This document shows, piece by piece, positions 8,506-17,267 of a DNA stretch of 64,000 bases. The notes below the pieces were generated by a model. It searched no databases, had not been told where the DNA came from, and worked only from the letters and a program-made list of their open reading frames with translations. Numbering within the stretch: the stretch's first letter is position 1; every line of letters starts with the position of its first letter. Made by a program: the position numbers and the translations under genes. The stretch comes from Candidatus Multivoradales bacterium (GTDB lineage Bacteria; Acidobacteriota; Thermoanaerobaculia; Multivoradales; J023), in assembly GCA_965248925.1 (NCBI GenBank), contig CBDFLE010000006.1, forward strand, positions 4,800,001-4,864,000. Direction: 5' to 3'.

Positions 8506-10959
8506 GTGGCCAAGAAAGTATTTCTCAGTTACAGCCATCGAGATCACAAGCTACGCGACCAACTGCTGCGCTTTCTGCGGCCGTTGGAACGCGGCCAGCA
8601 AGTGAGTTATTGGGACGACACTCGGATCGAGACCGGTGAGATCTGGGCAGACGAGATCAACGAAGCCCTCGAAGAAGCGGGGGCGGTGGTGCTGTTGATC
8701 ACCCAAGATTTTCTTGATTCCGATTTCATTGCCGAGCGCGAGTTACCGCGCATTCTGGCGCGAGCCGAGCTTGGCGAACTCACCGTGTTGCCGGTATTTG
8801 CCGGTCATTCGATCGTCGACTTGGTGGAGTACGCTTTTGTTCATCCCGACACTGCGGAGCGACGTCAGGTCAACTTGAGCCGGTTTCAGGGTTACGGCTC
8901 GCCGGACAAACCGTTGGATCGTTGGCCGGCGCGCGAGCGTGCCTTCGTCAAGCTAGCGGGGCGGCTGGCGGCGTTGCTCGGCGATGAATCGGCGGCAGCA
9001 CGGCGCAGCGTGCCGCGGCGGCCGAGGTTGGAATCCCGGATTGAGGCCGATGAGGTCGAGAGTCACTATCAGCTCACTGTCCAGTTGGAACGTGACGGTG
9101 ACGAGGTAGTCAGTCACTATCACTTGCCTGGTGGCGAGCCGATCGGCCCCTACCGCCGGCCGATGCCGGCGGCGCTGGCCGATGCTCATCTGGCGCTCGA
9201 TCGTGCCGAGCCCGCCGCCTTGGAGCGGTGGATCGACAAGGCTCCCGACACCTTGGGCCCGGCCCTCTTCGAATTGCTCTTCGGTGGCAAGGGCGACTGG
9301 CAGCCAATTTTGCGAACGGTTTTCGGCGCCGTCGAGGGCGCCGCCGGGCCGCTCTCTATCCTGGCGCCTTTGCGGTTGCGTATCGCCAGCGCCGACGGCG
9401 ACTTTCTCGCCTTACCGTGGTCGCTCACCTGCTGGGAACAGCATCTGCTGATCGACGATGGCTGGACTTTCTGCACCACCGATCTGCTGGAGCCGACCCT
9501 CGATCTGGCGACCCCGACCCCGGCGCCTTTCTTGATCATCACCCCCCCTCCCGCCACCGGCGCAGTGGCGCTCGATGGCCACCTGGCGGCGTTGCGCGAT
9601 ACCTTGGAACAGGTCTGGCCACGGGGTGAAGAGCTGCCTATCCGGCTCGCCCATTCGCCAGCGGAGGTCGAGCGGGCGTTGGGCGAATTCAAGCCACGGA
9701 TCATCTATCTCCTCGGCGAGTTGGTGGTTCATCGGGGCCGCCCAGGTCTCAAGCTGGGAGGCCGCAAGGTACTACGACTGGTCGACTTGGCGAAGCGCCT
9801 CGGGGGGGCTGCTGGCGGCCCCCAGGCGGTTTTTCTCAACACTCACGGCTTCGTCCGCCCGCCCGCCCCGGCGCAGATCTTCGGCCGCGAGCTACCCCTG
9901 CTGGTGTGGCGCCGCCTGGCCGCTTGGAATGGGCATACCTCACATAGTGCCATCGCCTGGTTACGGGCCTGGCTCGGTGCTGGGGCGGATCCGGTAAAAG
10001 CCCTAGCCGACCTTGCCACCAGGGAACTCAACCCAGAACTTACCGGCCTGTTGATCCATGCCAACTACCGTAGTTGGAAGACCCACCTCTATCTGCCGCC
10101 AGCGCGGCTGCGCGTGGCGCATTTGCTGCTCGATCGGCGGATTCCCAAGGCGATCGTCAACCGGGAAATCACCGAGCTGGTGCGCTCGGATAGCCGGCGC
10201 GTGTTGGCCCTGGTGGCCTATGGCGACCCCGGCACCGGGGTCGAGCTGCACTGGGAGCAGCTGCAGCACGATCTTGACCTGGAAGCCAAGAATGTCGAGA
10301 TCGACTTCCACCAGTTATCGATTCCTGAAGAGCGGCCGGCCGCGGCCGATGCGATGCAGCGCAGTTTGGAGGAAGCCCTGGCCCTAGATCTGGATGCTCT
10401 GCCGGGAGAAGGCCCGCGCGATCTGTTGCTCCGCCGCGCGCCCCGCGCGGTGGGCGATGACAAAGCGGTGCTGTGGCTGGTCTGGGGGACCTTTGGTCAT
10501 GGTGACGAGCATCAGCCACCGCTCAAGCCGCAGCAGCTTGAGGCCTGGCTGCGTTTCGTGGCCGAGTACCTGGGCCACTACTGCCCGGCCACTCTGCGGG
10601 TGGTGTGCTTTTTGGCACTGGAGGTCGATAGCCGGGGCAGAAAACGCTTGCAAACAGCTCTCGGCGAGCTGCGCCGCCGGCCTTGGGCGAAGAGCCGCGA
10701 CTTCCGTTTTGGCAACGCTTTGGCTTTGAGCACGGTGCCCGAAGATGAGTTGCAAGATTTTCTCAAAGATTCGCGCAACTCCACCTGCCCCGAACATTTG
10801 GCAGTGGAAGCCGCGCAGCTGATCCACCGAGACAGTGGCGGTCACTTCAAAGCTACCGTAGCGCTGATCGAGGAAGCGGAGAAGGGCTCCTGGCTTGCCC
10901 TGCTCGATCGACTGCGCGGCAGCGAGACCATCGTCGAACTCGACGATGAGGCATTCTGA
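8506..10959 (+). CDS. TIR domain + degenerate CHAT-like domain + inactive STAND (iSTAND-like) protein
   Basis: N-terminal VFLSYSHRD...WDD.RI..GEIW...FLDSDFI..RELP (TIR_2); middle LRLRI...LALPWSL; C-terminal LLLDRR...ALVAYGD...LHWEQL...SGGHF. GTG 8506 follows GGGGGAGA; ORF is open from 8467. Confidence 0.75.
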   Translation: MAKKVFLSYSHRDHKLRDQLLRFLRPLERGQQVSYWDDTRIETGEIWADEINEALEEAGAVVLLITQDFLDSDFIAERELPRILARAELGELTVLPVFAGHSIVDLVEYAFVHPDTAERRQVNLSRFQGYGSPDKPLDRWPARERAFVKLAGRLAALLGDESAAARRSVPRRPRLESRIEADEVESHYQLTVQLERDGDEVVSHYHLPGGEPIGPYRRPMPAALADAHLALDRAEPAALERWIDKAPDTLGPALFELLFGGKGDWQPILRTVFGAVEGAAGPLSILAPLRLRIASADGDFLALPWSLTCWEQHLLIDDGWTFCTTDLLEPTLDLATPTPAPFLIITPPPATGAVALDGHLAALRDTLEQVWPRGEELPIRLAHSPAEVERALGEFKPRIIYLLGELVVHRGRPGLKLGGRKVLRLVDLAKRLGGAAGGPQAVFLNTHGFVRPPAPAQIFGRELPLLVWRRLAAWNGHTSHSAIAWLRAWLGAGADPVKALADLATRELNPELTGLLIHANYRSWKTHLYLPPARLRVAHLLLDRRIPKAIVNREITELVRSDSRRVLALVAYGDPGTGVELHWEQLQHDLDLEAKNVEIDFHQLSIPEERPAAADAMQRSLEEALALDLDALPGEGPRDLLLRRAPRAVGDDKAVLWLVWGTFGHGDEHQPPLKPQQLEAWLRFVAEYLGHYCPATLRVVCFLALEVDSRGRKRLQTALGELRRRPWAKSRDFRFGNALALSTVPEDELQDFLKDSRNSTCPEHLAVEAAQLIHRDSGGHFKATVALIEEAEKGSWLALLDRLRGSETIVELDDEAF

Positions 10960-11013
10960 TGCCACTGCGAGCGGCTCCAAGACCAGTGGTAGCCTCTACG
11001 GCGGAAGCAAACT

Positions 11014-11970
<957 letters not shown>

Positions 11971-11982
11971 GGCCCTGGTCCA

Positions 11983-14823
11983 ATGCTCGATGCCGCCGGC
12001 TTCGACCGCCTGTTGAGTGCCCTGCGGGGCGCCGGCTTGCGGATTGGGGTGGCCGAGGTCGAGCGCCTGCACCGGGTCTTCGAGCTGCGGCCAGCCGGCT
12101 TGGCCGAGCCTGGGCGCTTGGCCTCGTTGCTCGCCGCCGTGGTGGCTAAGTCGGTGGCCGAACGGCGCACGGTGGAGCGTCTCACCGCCAGCTTTCTGGA
12201 TCAGCAGTTGGCCAGCCGTGGGGCTACTCCACGGTTTGGCAAGGGGCGTGGCGAGGAGCGCTCAAGGGCCGCTTGGTGGACCGCGAGACGGCATCTGGGG
12301 TGGTCTCTGCTGGTCGTCGCTGCCTTGGCCATTCTGGTTCCTGAAGTGGTCTATCGGTGGGCTGGCCGACCAACGCCGATTCCTGTGACTCGGGCGAGTC
12401 AAGAGCGGCGTCTTTTGAAGCCCGAGCCAGTTGGCCAGCCTTCTCCGATCCGGTCCACGGAAGACGAGGATTGGCGCAACCCGCCCTTTCCGCAAGACCC
12501 ACCAGGCCCCGACCCCTACCGGCCCCAGGCATACTGGGTCGGTGTGGTGTTGGCCACTCTCGGTGGCGCCGCGTCGCTGGCGTTGCTGGCCTACTTCTAC
12601 CGGCGTCGGGGCCTGCCGGCGGTGCCCGAGTTGGTGCTGCGGCGGGGGCCGAGCCAGGTCTATCTCACGGCGGTCGAGTCCACTTGCCACGAGCTTTTGT
12701 CGGCCGATGCCGAGGATGCCCTGGTCTGGGGGGTCGACCGCTACGTCAGCGAGCAACCCACCCGGCGGCTCGACCTCGATGCCACGGTCGAGGCCACCGC
12801 CCGCGATGCCGGCCTGCCGCGGCTGATTTTCGAGCGGGCGAGCTATCCGCGGGAGGTTTGGCTGTGGCTTGACGAGGCCGCCGGCAGGCCGGAGATCGAG
12901 CGCTTGGCGGCTGAGATCGAGAGTTCCCTGCGTGCCCATGGTCTGCCGGTGGAGCGGGCTACCTTCCGCGGCTTACCCGAACGTCTGCTGGCCGACGATG
13001 GCCGGCTCTTTGCCCCCCGCGATGTCGACGACCGCCGTGACACCGCCTGGGTGGCGGTGCTGACTGACGGCCGGGTGCTGATGCGGCGTTGGGCGGCCGA
13101 TGACCAACGTGCCTCAATCGAGGCTCTGCTGCGCACCCTGGCGGGCTGGCCTCGCCTGGCCTGGGTCGACTTTTCGACCTCGGGCGATGCCCTCGCACCG
13201 CTCACCGATCGCCACTCCCTGCGGCACTTGCAGCCCGAGCAGCTCGCCCACTACCTGGGTGGCGCCGCGCGGCCGGCGCAGCCTGCTGCCATGGCCGCCG
13301 CCGAGCGCGCCTGGGCCGCTGCCACCGCCGTGCCGGCCTCGCCAGTGCCGGTGGCGACCGCTCTGGAGCTACGCCGCCACCTCGGCTTGCCGCCCTCGCC
13401 AAGGGCTCTCGCCGAGCTGCGCGCCGCCGCCCCCGGCCCCCCCGGCCGGCTGGCCTTCTCGTCCAAGCGCCGTGCCAGCTTGCTCGGCTGGCTGGGTCGG
13501 TCCGAGCTGCTCGACCGTCAGGACAACGGCCTTCTGCGGCAATCCCTCGACTTCTGGCGCCACCAGTATGACGGCGAAGCTGCCCGCCGCCAGCAGGCCG
13601 CCGGCTTGCAGATCTGGCAAGACACCCCCTCCGAGCTACGCCTGCGGGCTGAGCGCGCCCTGCTCGATCTGTGGCACCGCCCCGCCGTGGCGGTGGAGCA
13701 GCTCCACGACCTCTACCAGGCCCCCACTCGTGCCTTCATCGAGGGTCAGCTGGCGCTCTATGCCCCCCGTGGCGTGGGCCGTGCCAACGGGCAAGTACCC
13801 CTGCCCTGGCACTGGCGTGATCAGCCCGATCTCGACCGAGCCCGCTGGCAGGAGATGGGCCTCGGCGGCCGCCTGCCTGCCGAGCGCTTGCGCCGCCCCG
13901 GGCGCCTGTGGTTGGCTGCAGCGCTGTGCCTGGGTCTGGGTGTGGTGGGTGGTTCGCAGGCCTGGGAGAAGCGCGGCGAGCTGCGCAGCTACCTGGGTGG
14001 TGTAGAGCTGGTTCATGTTCCGGGCGGTAGCTTCCAAATGGGCACGAGTAAGGAAGACGATCGAGGAGATGATGACGAGCGCCCGCCGCATGAGGTCACC
14101 CTTGAGGAGTTCTGGATCATGCCCTACGAGGCTACCTGGGGCGATCTGCGGCGTGCTCTCACAGCAGAACCTCTGTTGGGCGATCACTTGAGGGAATTCA
14201 CGCGGGTGCTAAGTGCAGCCGTGCGCGAGAGGGTTGCCAGCGAAGATCTCTCCGACTTGGCGAACTACTTGGATTGGCCTTATCGAGATCTCGACTGGCG
14301 AGACAAGGATGAGAAACAGCCGATTGCAGGCGTTTCCTGGCCTGAAGCCCTTGCGATCTGCCAAGCATTGGGGATGCGTCTGCCCACTGAGGCAGAGTGG
14401 GAGTTCGCTTGTCGGGCGAACACAGAGACCGCCTGGTCTTTCGGCGACAAGTCTGAAATAGCAGCAGAATTTGCGGTATTCAACCCTGACCCCTTGGACC
14501 TGCTCGATGGGGAGACTGTAGGGAAGTTCTTCGCTGAGCACAGTCCGTCCCGAGTTGGCAGCAAGCGGGCCAACCCCTGGGGCCTGTACGACTTGCACGG
14601 CAACCTTTTGGAGTGGGTGTGGGATTGGTACGGTGATTACAGCGAAGGCGCTCCACCGAATCCGATAGGCCCTGAAGAAGGCGACTTCCGAGTGCTGCGC
14701 GGGGGCTCGTTCATCGACCCGGCCCAGAACCTGCGCTCCGCGTACCGGCTCAGGTACAGGCCCGGGTTCCGGGACAGGTTCATCGGCTTTCGCTGTGTTC
14801 GATCCCCCCGCCGCCAGCGTTGA
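11983..14823 (+). CDS. vWA-like membrane protein with C-terminal FGE-sulfatase/CLec domain; DGR target 1
   Basis: LR..GLRIGVAE N-terminus, LDLDATVEATAR, WLWLDE and VLTDG vWA-type motifs, three hydrophobic segments; FQMG, RLPTEAEWEFACRA, NPWGLYDLHGN, RVLRGGSF...IGFRCV. Confidence 0.9.
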   Translation: MLDAAGFDRLLSALRGAGLRIGVAEVERLHRVFELRPAGLAEPGRLASLLAAVVAKSVAERRTVERLTASFLDQQLASRGATPRFGKGRGEERSRAAWWTARRHLGWSLLVVAALAILVPEVVYRWAGRPTPIPVTRASQERRLLKPEPVGQPSPIRSTEDEDWRNPPFPQDPPGPDPYRPQAYWVGVVLATLGGAASLALLAYFYRRRGLPAVPELVLRRGPSQVYLTAVESTCHELLSADAEDALVWGVDRYVSEQPTRRLDLDATVEATARDAGLPRLIFERASYPREVWLWLDEAAGRPEIERLAAEIESSLRAHGLPVERATFRGLPERLLADDGRLFAPRDVDDRRDTAWVAVLTDGRVLMRRWAADDQRASIEALLRTLAGWPRLAWVDFSTSGDALAPLTDRHSLRHLQPEQLAHYLGGAARPAQPAAMAAAERAWAAATAVPASPVPVATALELRRHLGLPPSPRALAELRAAAPGPPGRLAFSSKRRASLLGWLGRSELLDRQDNGLLRQSLDFWRHQYDGEAARRQQAAGLQIWQDTPSELRLRAERALLDLWHRPAVAVEQLHDLYQAPTRAFIEGQLALYAPRGVGRANGQVPLPWHWRDQPDLDRARWQEMGLGGRLPAERLRRPGRLWLAAALCLGLGVVGGSQAWEKRGELRSYLGGVELVHVPGGSFQMGTSKEDDRGDDDERPPHEVTLEEFWIMPYEATWGDLRRALTAEPLLGDHLREFTRVLSAAVRERVASEDLSDLANYLDWPYRDLDWRDKDEKQPIAGVSWPEALAICQALGMRLPTEAEWEFACRANTETAWSFGDKSEIAAEFAVFNPDPLDLLDGETVGKFFAEHSPSRVGSKRANPWGLYDLHGNLLEWVWDWYGDYSEGAPPNPIGPEEGDFRVLRGGSFIDPAQNLRSAYRLRYRPGFRDRFIGFRCVRSPRRQR
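14692..14817 (+). repeat. DGR variable repeat VR1
   Basis: 126 nt identical to 15904-16029 except 12 positions, all A in the template. Confidence 0.96.
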
Positions 14824-14863
14824 TCCTTGTTTTTTGACCCTTGATGCCTTGCTCTCTGCCTTC

Positions 14864-14888
14864 CGCGGCCCTGCGCAGCAGGGTCGCG
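14864..14888 (+). other. DNA hairpin/cruciform downstream of VR1 (candidate DGR target-recognition element)
   Basis: CGCGGCCCTGC-GCA-GCAGGGTCGCG: 11-bp stem with one G-T mismatch and a 3-nt GCA loop, ~40 nt after the stop. Confidence 0.7.
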
Positions 14889-14959
14889 CGAATTTCGAAA
14901 ACAATCCCAGTTTCCTGACAAAGTAGCGGTTGAGATTCGCACTATGTTAGGAATCGGCC

Positions 14960-15517
14960 ATGCGATTGAGCCTCGATGAAGCCGCCACCCGACTGGGCAA
15001 GACTACCCATCAGCTGCGCTATCTGATCAAGACCGGGCGCCTACAGGCGAGCAAGGTAGCGGGCCGTTGGCAGCTCGAATCCTCTGCGCTGCCGCTCAGT
15101 GAAGGCCAGCAGAAGGCTGTCGCCCGCCGCCAGCGGCAGCTGCGGGCGGCGGTGGAGGAGGGGCTCGGGCTGGCCGGCAGCGAACGCCCGCCGCGCTACT
15201 CGGTGCGCGATCTGAAGGCCTTTCAGATCGCTCTGCCAGTGTACGACAAAGCTCGGAGCGCGCTGGGTGGGGAGCATCCGGCGGTGGTCTCGCTGCGCCA
15301 GGTGCTGGTGCTGCTGTCGCGGGGCTGCCACCGCTACGATCGTGCCGACAAGGCCGAGGCCTACCGCCAGGCTCGCGACGCCGCCAGCCTGGCGGTGTGC
15401 GAGCTGCTGCTGGCCGAAGCGTCGGTCGGTGCCGCGTTGGTACAGCAGATCGAGCAGGAGCTGATGGCCGCTTTCGCCGGCCTGCTGCGGCGCTGTGAGG
15501 CGAAGCGCTCCCGGTGA
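14960..15517 (+). CDS. Excisionase/MerR-like HTH fused to a four-helix-bundle (IVP/Avd-like) domain
   Basis: LSLDEAATRLGKT..QLRYLIKTGRLQASKVAGRWQL (HTH_17-like); then DLKAFQIA...LSRG..R...AYRQARDAA, resembling four-helix-bundle proteins; GTGA overlap with avd. Confidence 0.7.
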   Translation: MRLSLDEAATRLGKTTHQLRYLIKTGRLQASKVAGRWQLESSALPLSEGQQKAVARRQRQLRAAVEEGLGLAGSERPPRYSVRDLKAFQIALPVYDKARSALGGEHPAVVSLRQVLVLLSRGCHRYDRADKAEAYRQARDAASLAVCELLLAEASVGAALVQQIEQELMAAFAGLLRRCEAKRSR

Positions 15518-15843
15518 GCTGCCGCGCGCCTCTCTACACTGACGCTTTCGAGCTTGCCCGCTGGCTGGCCAAACACTTCGCTGACGATCCGCGGCCGCTC
15601 GCCCGCCGCATCTGCCACACCAGCTTGGACTTGCTCGAAGCAGTGACTCTGGCGCTCGGCCGGCAACAGCGCGAAGAGCGGGTCGAGCAAGCTGACGAAA
15701 GCCTCGCCAAGCTGCGCACCCAGCTGCGCCTGGCGGCCGAGCTGGGTGCTCTGTCTGATCGCCAACTGCTCCACGCCCTGGGCTTGGCCGATACTATCGG
15801 CCGCCAGCTCGGCGGCTGGCTGCGCTCGATGGGGCCAGTGTGA
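15514..15843 (+). CDS. avd: DGR accessory variability determinant (Avd-like four-helix bundle)
   Basis: 109 aa helical protein with LAKLRTQLRLA.ELG.L...IGRQLGGWL motif, directly upstream of TR. Confidence 0.88.
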   Translation: MSCRAPLYTDAFELARWLAKHFADDPRPLARRICHTSLDLLEAVTLALGRQQREERVEQADESLAKLRTQLRLAAELGALSDRQLLHALGLADTIGRQLGGWLRSMGPV

Positions 15844-15903
15844 AGGCCGCTGTGAAAAGCGTTGTAAGATCCCTGCGCCGCGCCCGAACAACGCTTTCGA
15901 CCC

Positions 15904-16029
15904 GTGCTGCGCGGGGGCTCGTTCATCAACCCGGCCCAGAACCTGCGCTCCGCGAACCGGAACAGGAACAGGCCCGAGAACCGGAACAGGAACATCGGCT
16001 TTCGCTGTGTTCGATCCCCCCGCCGCCAA
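15904..16029 (+). repeat. DGR template repeat (TR), non-coding RNA template
   Basis: Eight AAC codons and 26 adenines in the VR reading frame; lies between avd and RT; matches both VRs except at A. Confidence 0.96.
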
Positions 16030-16150
16030 CATGCCGCCGGCAGGGCGCCATGCAGGGCGCGGCCGGGGCCTGGCCCCGAAACACCCGGCCCGCCCGCACC
16101 AGTAGTCCCTGGCGACCGTCCGGGCGGGCCATCTTCTCTGGGGACTAGGA

Positions 16151-17140
16151 ATGCGCTCAGTGGCGGTCGGATCGTTTGCACGGCTGAGCGATGTCGCTGC
16201 GCTGTGGAAGGCTTGGCGCCGTTGCCGTCGAGGCAAGCGGCGCCAGCCGCGAGTGGCGGCTTTTGACCTCGATGTGGACCGTCACATCTTCAGCCTTCAC
16301 CGGCAGTTGCGCCGCGGTGGCTGGTGGCCGCGGCCTTTCCGCTTGCAGGTAGTGCAAGATCCAAAGACCCGACTGGTGGCGGCACCGGCGCTTCAAGATC
16401 GCATCGTCCAAGATTCTCTGCTAGCCGAGATCGGGCCGACCTACGAGCGTTCCTTCGTCGACCAGAGCTTCGCTTGCCGCACCGGCCGCGGGCCGCAGCG
16501 GGCGGCGCTGGCTTACTTGAAAGCAATGCGCACCCACCGTTTTCGGATGATCCTCGATGTGCGGCGATACTTCGCTTCGATTGACCATGCGATCTTGCTG
16601 CGACTGTTGGCCCGTCGGCTGCGCGATGCTGACACAGTGGAGCTGCTGCGACGGATGCTCGAAGCCGGGGGGCGGGTCTACCACACCGCCCTGGCCAAGC
16701 GAGTGCTGGGGTTGGAAGGAGAGCCATTGCCGCTGGGGTGTGGGCTGCCGCTGGGCTCACACCTGAGCCATTGGTCGGGTGGCCTCTACCTCGACGGACT
16801 CGATCACCATGTGTTGCGCCAGCTACGGCCGGGGGCCTACCTGCGCTACATGGACGACATGGCGCTATTCGCCAACTCGCGCGGTGAGCTCGAAGACCTG
16901 CGCGTGGCGATCAGCGACTGGCTGTGGCAGCAGCGCGGCTTGCGGCTGAAACGCTCCGGCGACAGCGTGCGGCCGACCAGCGAGGCCGCCACCTACCTGG
17001 GCTGGCGGCTCAGCCGTGCCGGCGTGCTGCCAGGACCCAAGGCCAAGCGGCGGCTGCGCGAGAGGTTGCGAACCGCTCAGGACCCGAGGCGGTTAGCGCG
17101 GCAGCTGCGGTCCTACCGTGGGCTTTTGTTGACAATTTAA
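16151..17140 (+). CDS. DGR reverse transcriptase
   Basis: DPKTRLVAAP..QDRIVQ, SFACRTGRG, LDVRRYFASIDH, GLPLGSHLSH, YLRYMDD, YLGW. Confidence 0.95.
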   Translation: MRSVAVGSFARLSDVAALWKAWRRCRRGKRRQPRVAAFDLDVDRHIFSLHRQLRRGGWWPRPFRLQVVQDPKTRLVAAPALQDRIVQDSLLAEIGPTYERSFVDQSFACRTGRGPQRAALAYLKAMRTHRFRMILDVRRYFASIDHAILLRLLARRLRDADTVELLRRMLEAGGRVYHTALAKRVLGLEGEPLPLGCGLPLGSHLSHWSGGLYLDGLDHHVLRQLRPGAYLRYMDDMALFANSRGELEDLRVAISDWLWQQRGLRLKRSGDSVRPTSEAATYLGWRLSRAGVLPGPKAKRRLRERLRTAQDPRRLARQLRSYRGLLLTI

Positions 17141-17267
17141 GAAGATTTACCAGCTTGTCAGCAAAATTTTCAAAAAAGTTTCCAAACAGATGGGGAATTT
17201 CTTCAATCTTGCCGGCAAATTGTCACCTGTTCTGTCAGCTACTAGACAAAGTTCAAAGGGACAAGGA

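Larger units (their letters stand above)
14960..17140 (+). mobile_element. Diversity-generating retroelement core cassette (accessory gene, avd, TR, RT)
   Basis: Co-oriented HTH/four-helix gene, Avd, adenine-rich template repeat and YMDD reverse transcriptase, with two cognate VRs. Confidence 0.95.

Noticed and set aside
14889-14925. Loose similarity (GAAAA...TTT.CTGACAA) between AT-rich tracts downstream of VR1 and VR2
   Set aside because: Too short and gapped to distinguish from chance in AT-rich DNA
15955-15995. Short repeats (AACCGG/AACAGG) as a CRISPR array or microsatellite
   Set aside because: No spacers or cas genes; fully explained by TR codon structure
15904-16266. 120-aa ORF resembling an FGE C-terminus (NRNRNRPENRNRN)
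   Set aside because: It is the TR read in the VR frame; Asn richness reflects AAC template codons and it overlaps the RT start
16151-17140. RT as group II intron or retron
   Set aside because: No maturase/endonuclease extension or retron VTG motif; avd, TR and A-specific VRs identify a DGR
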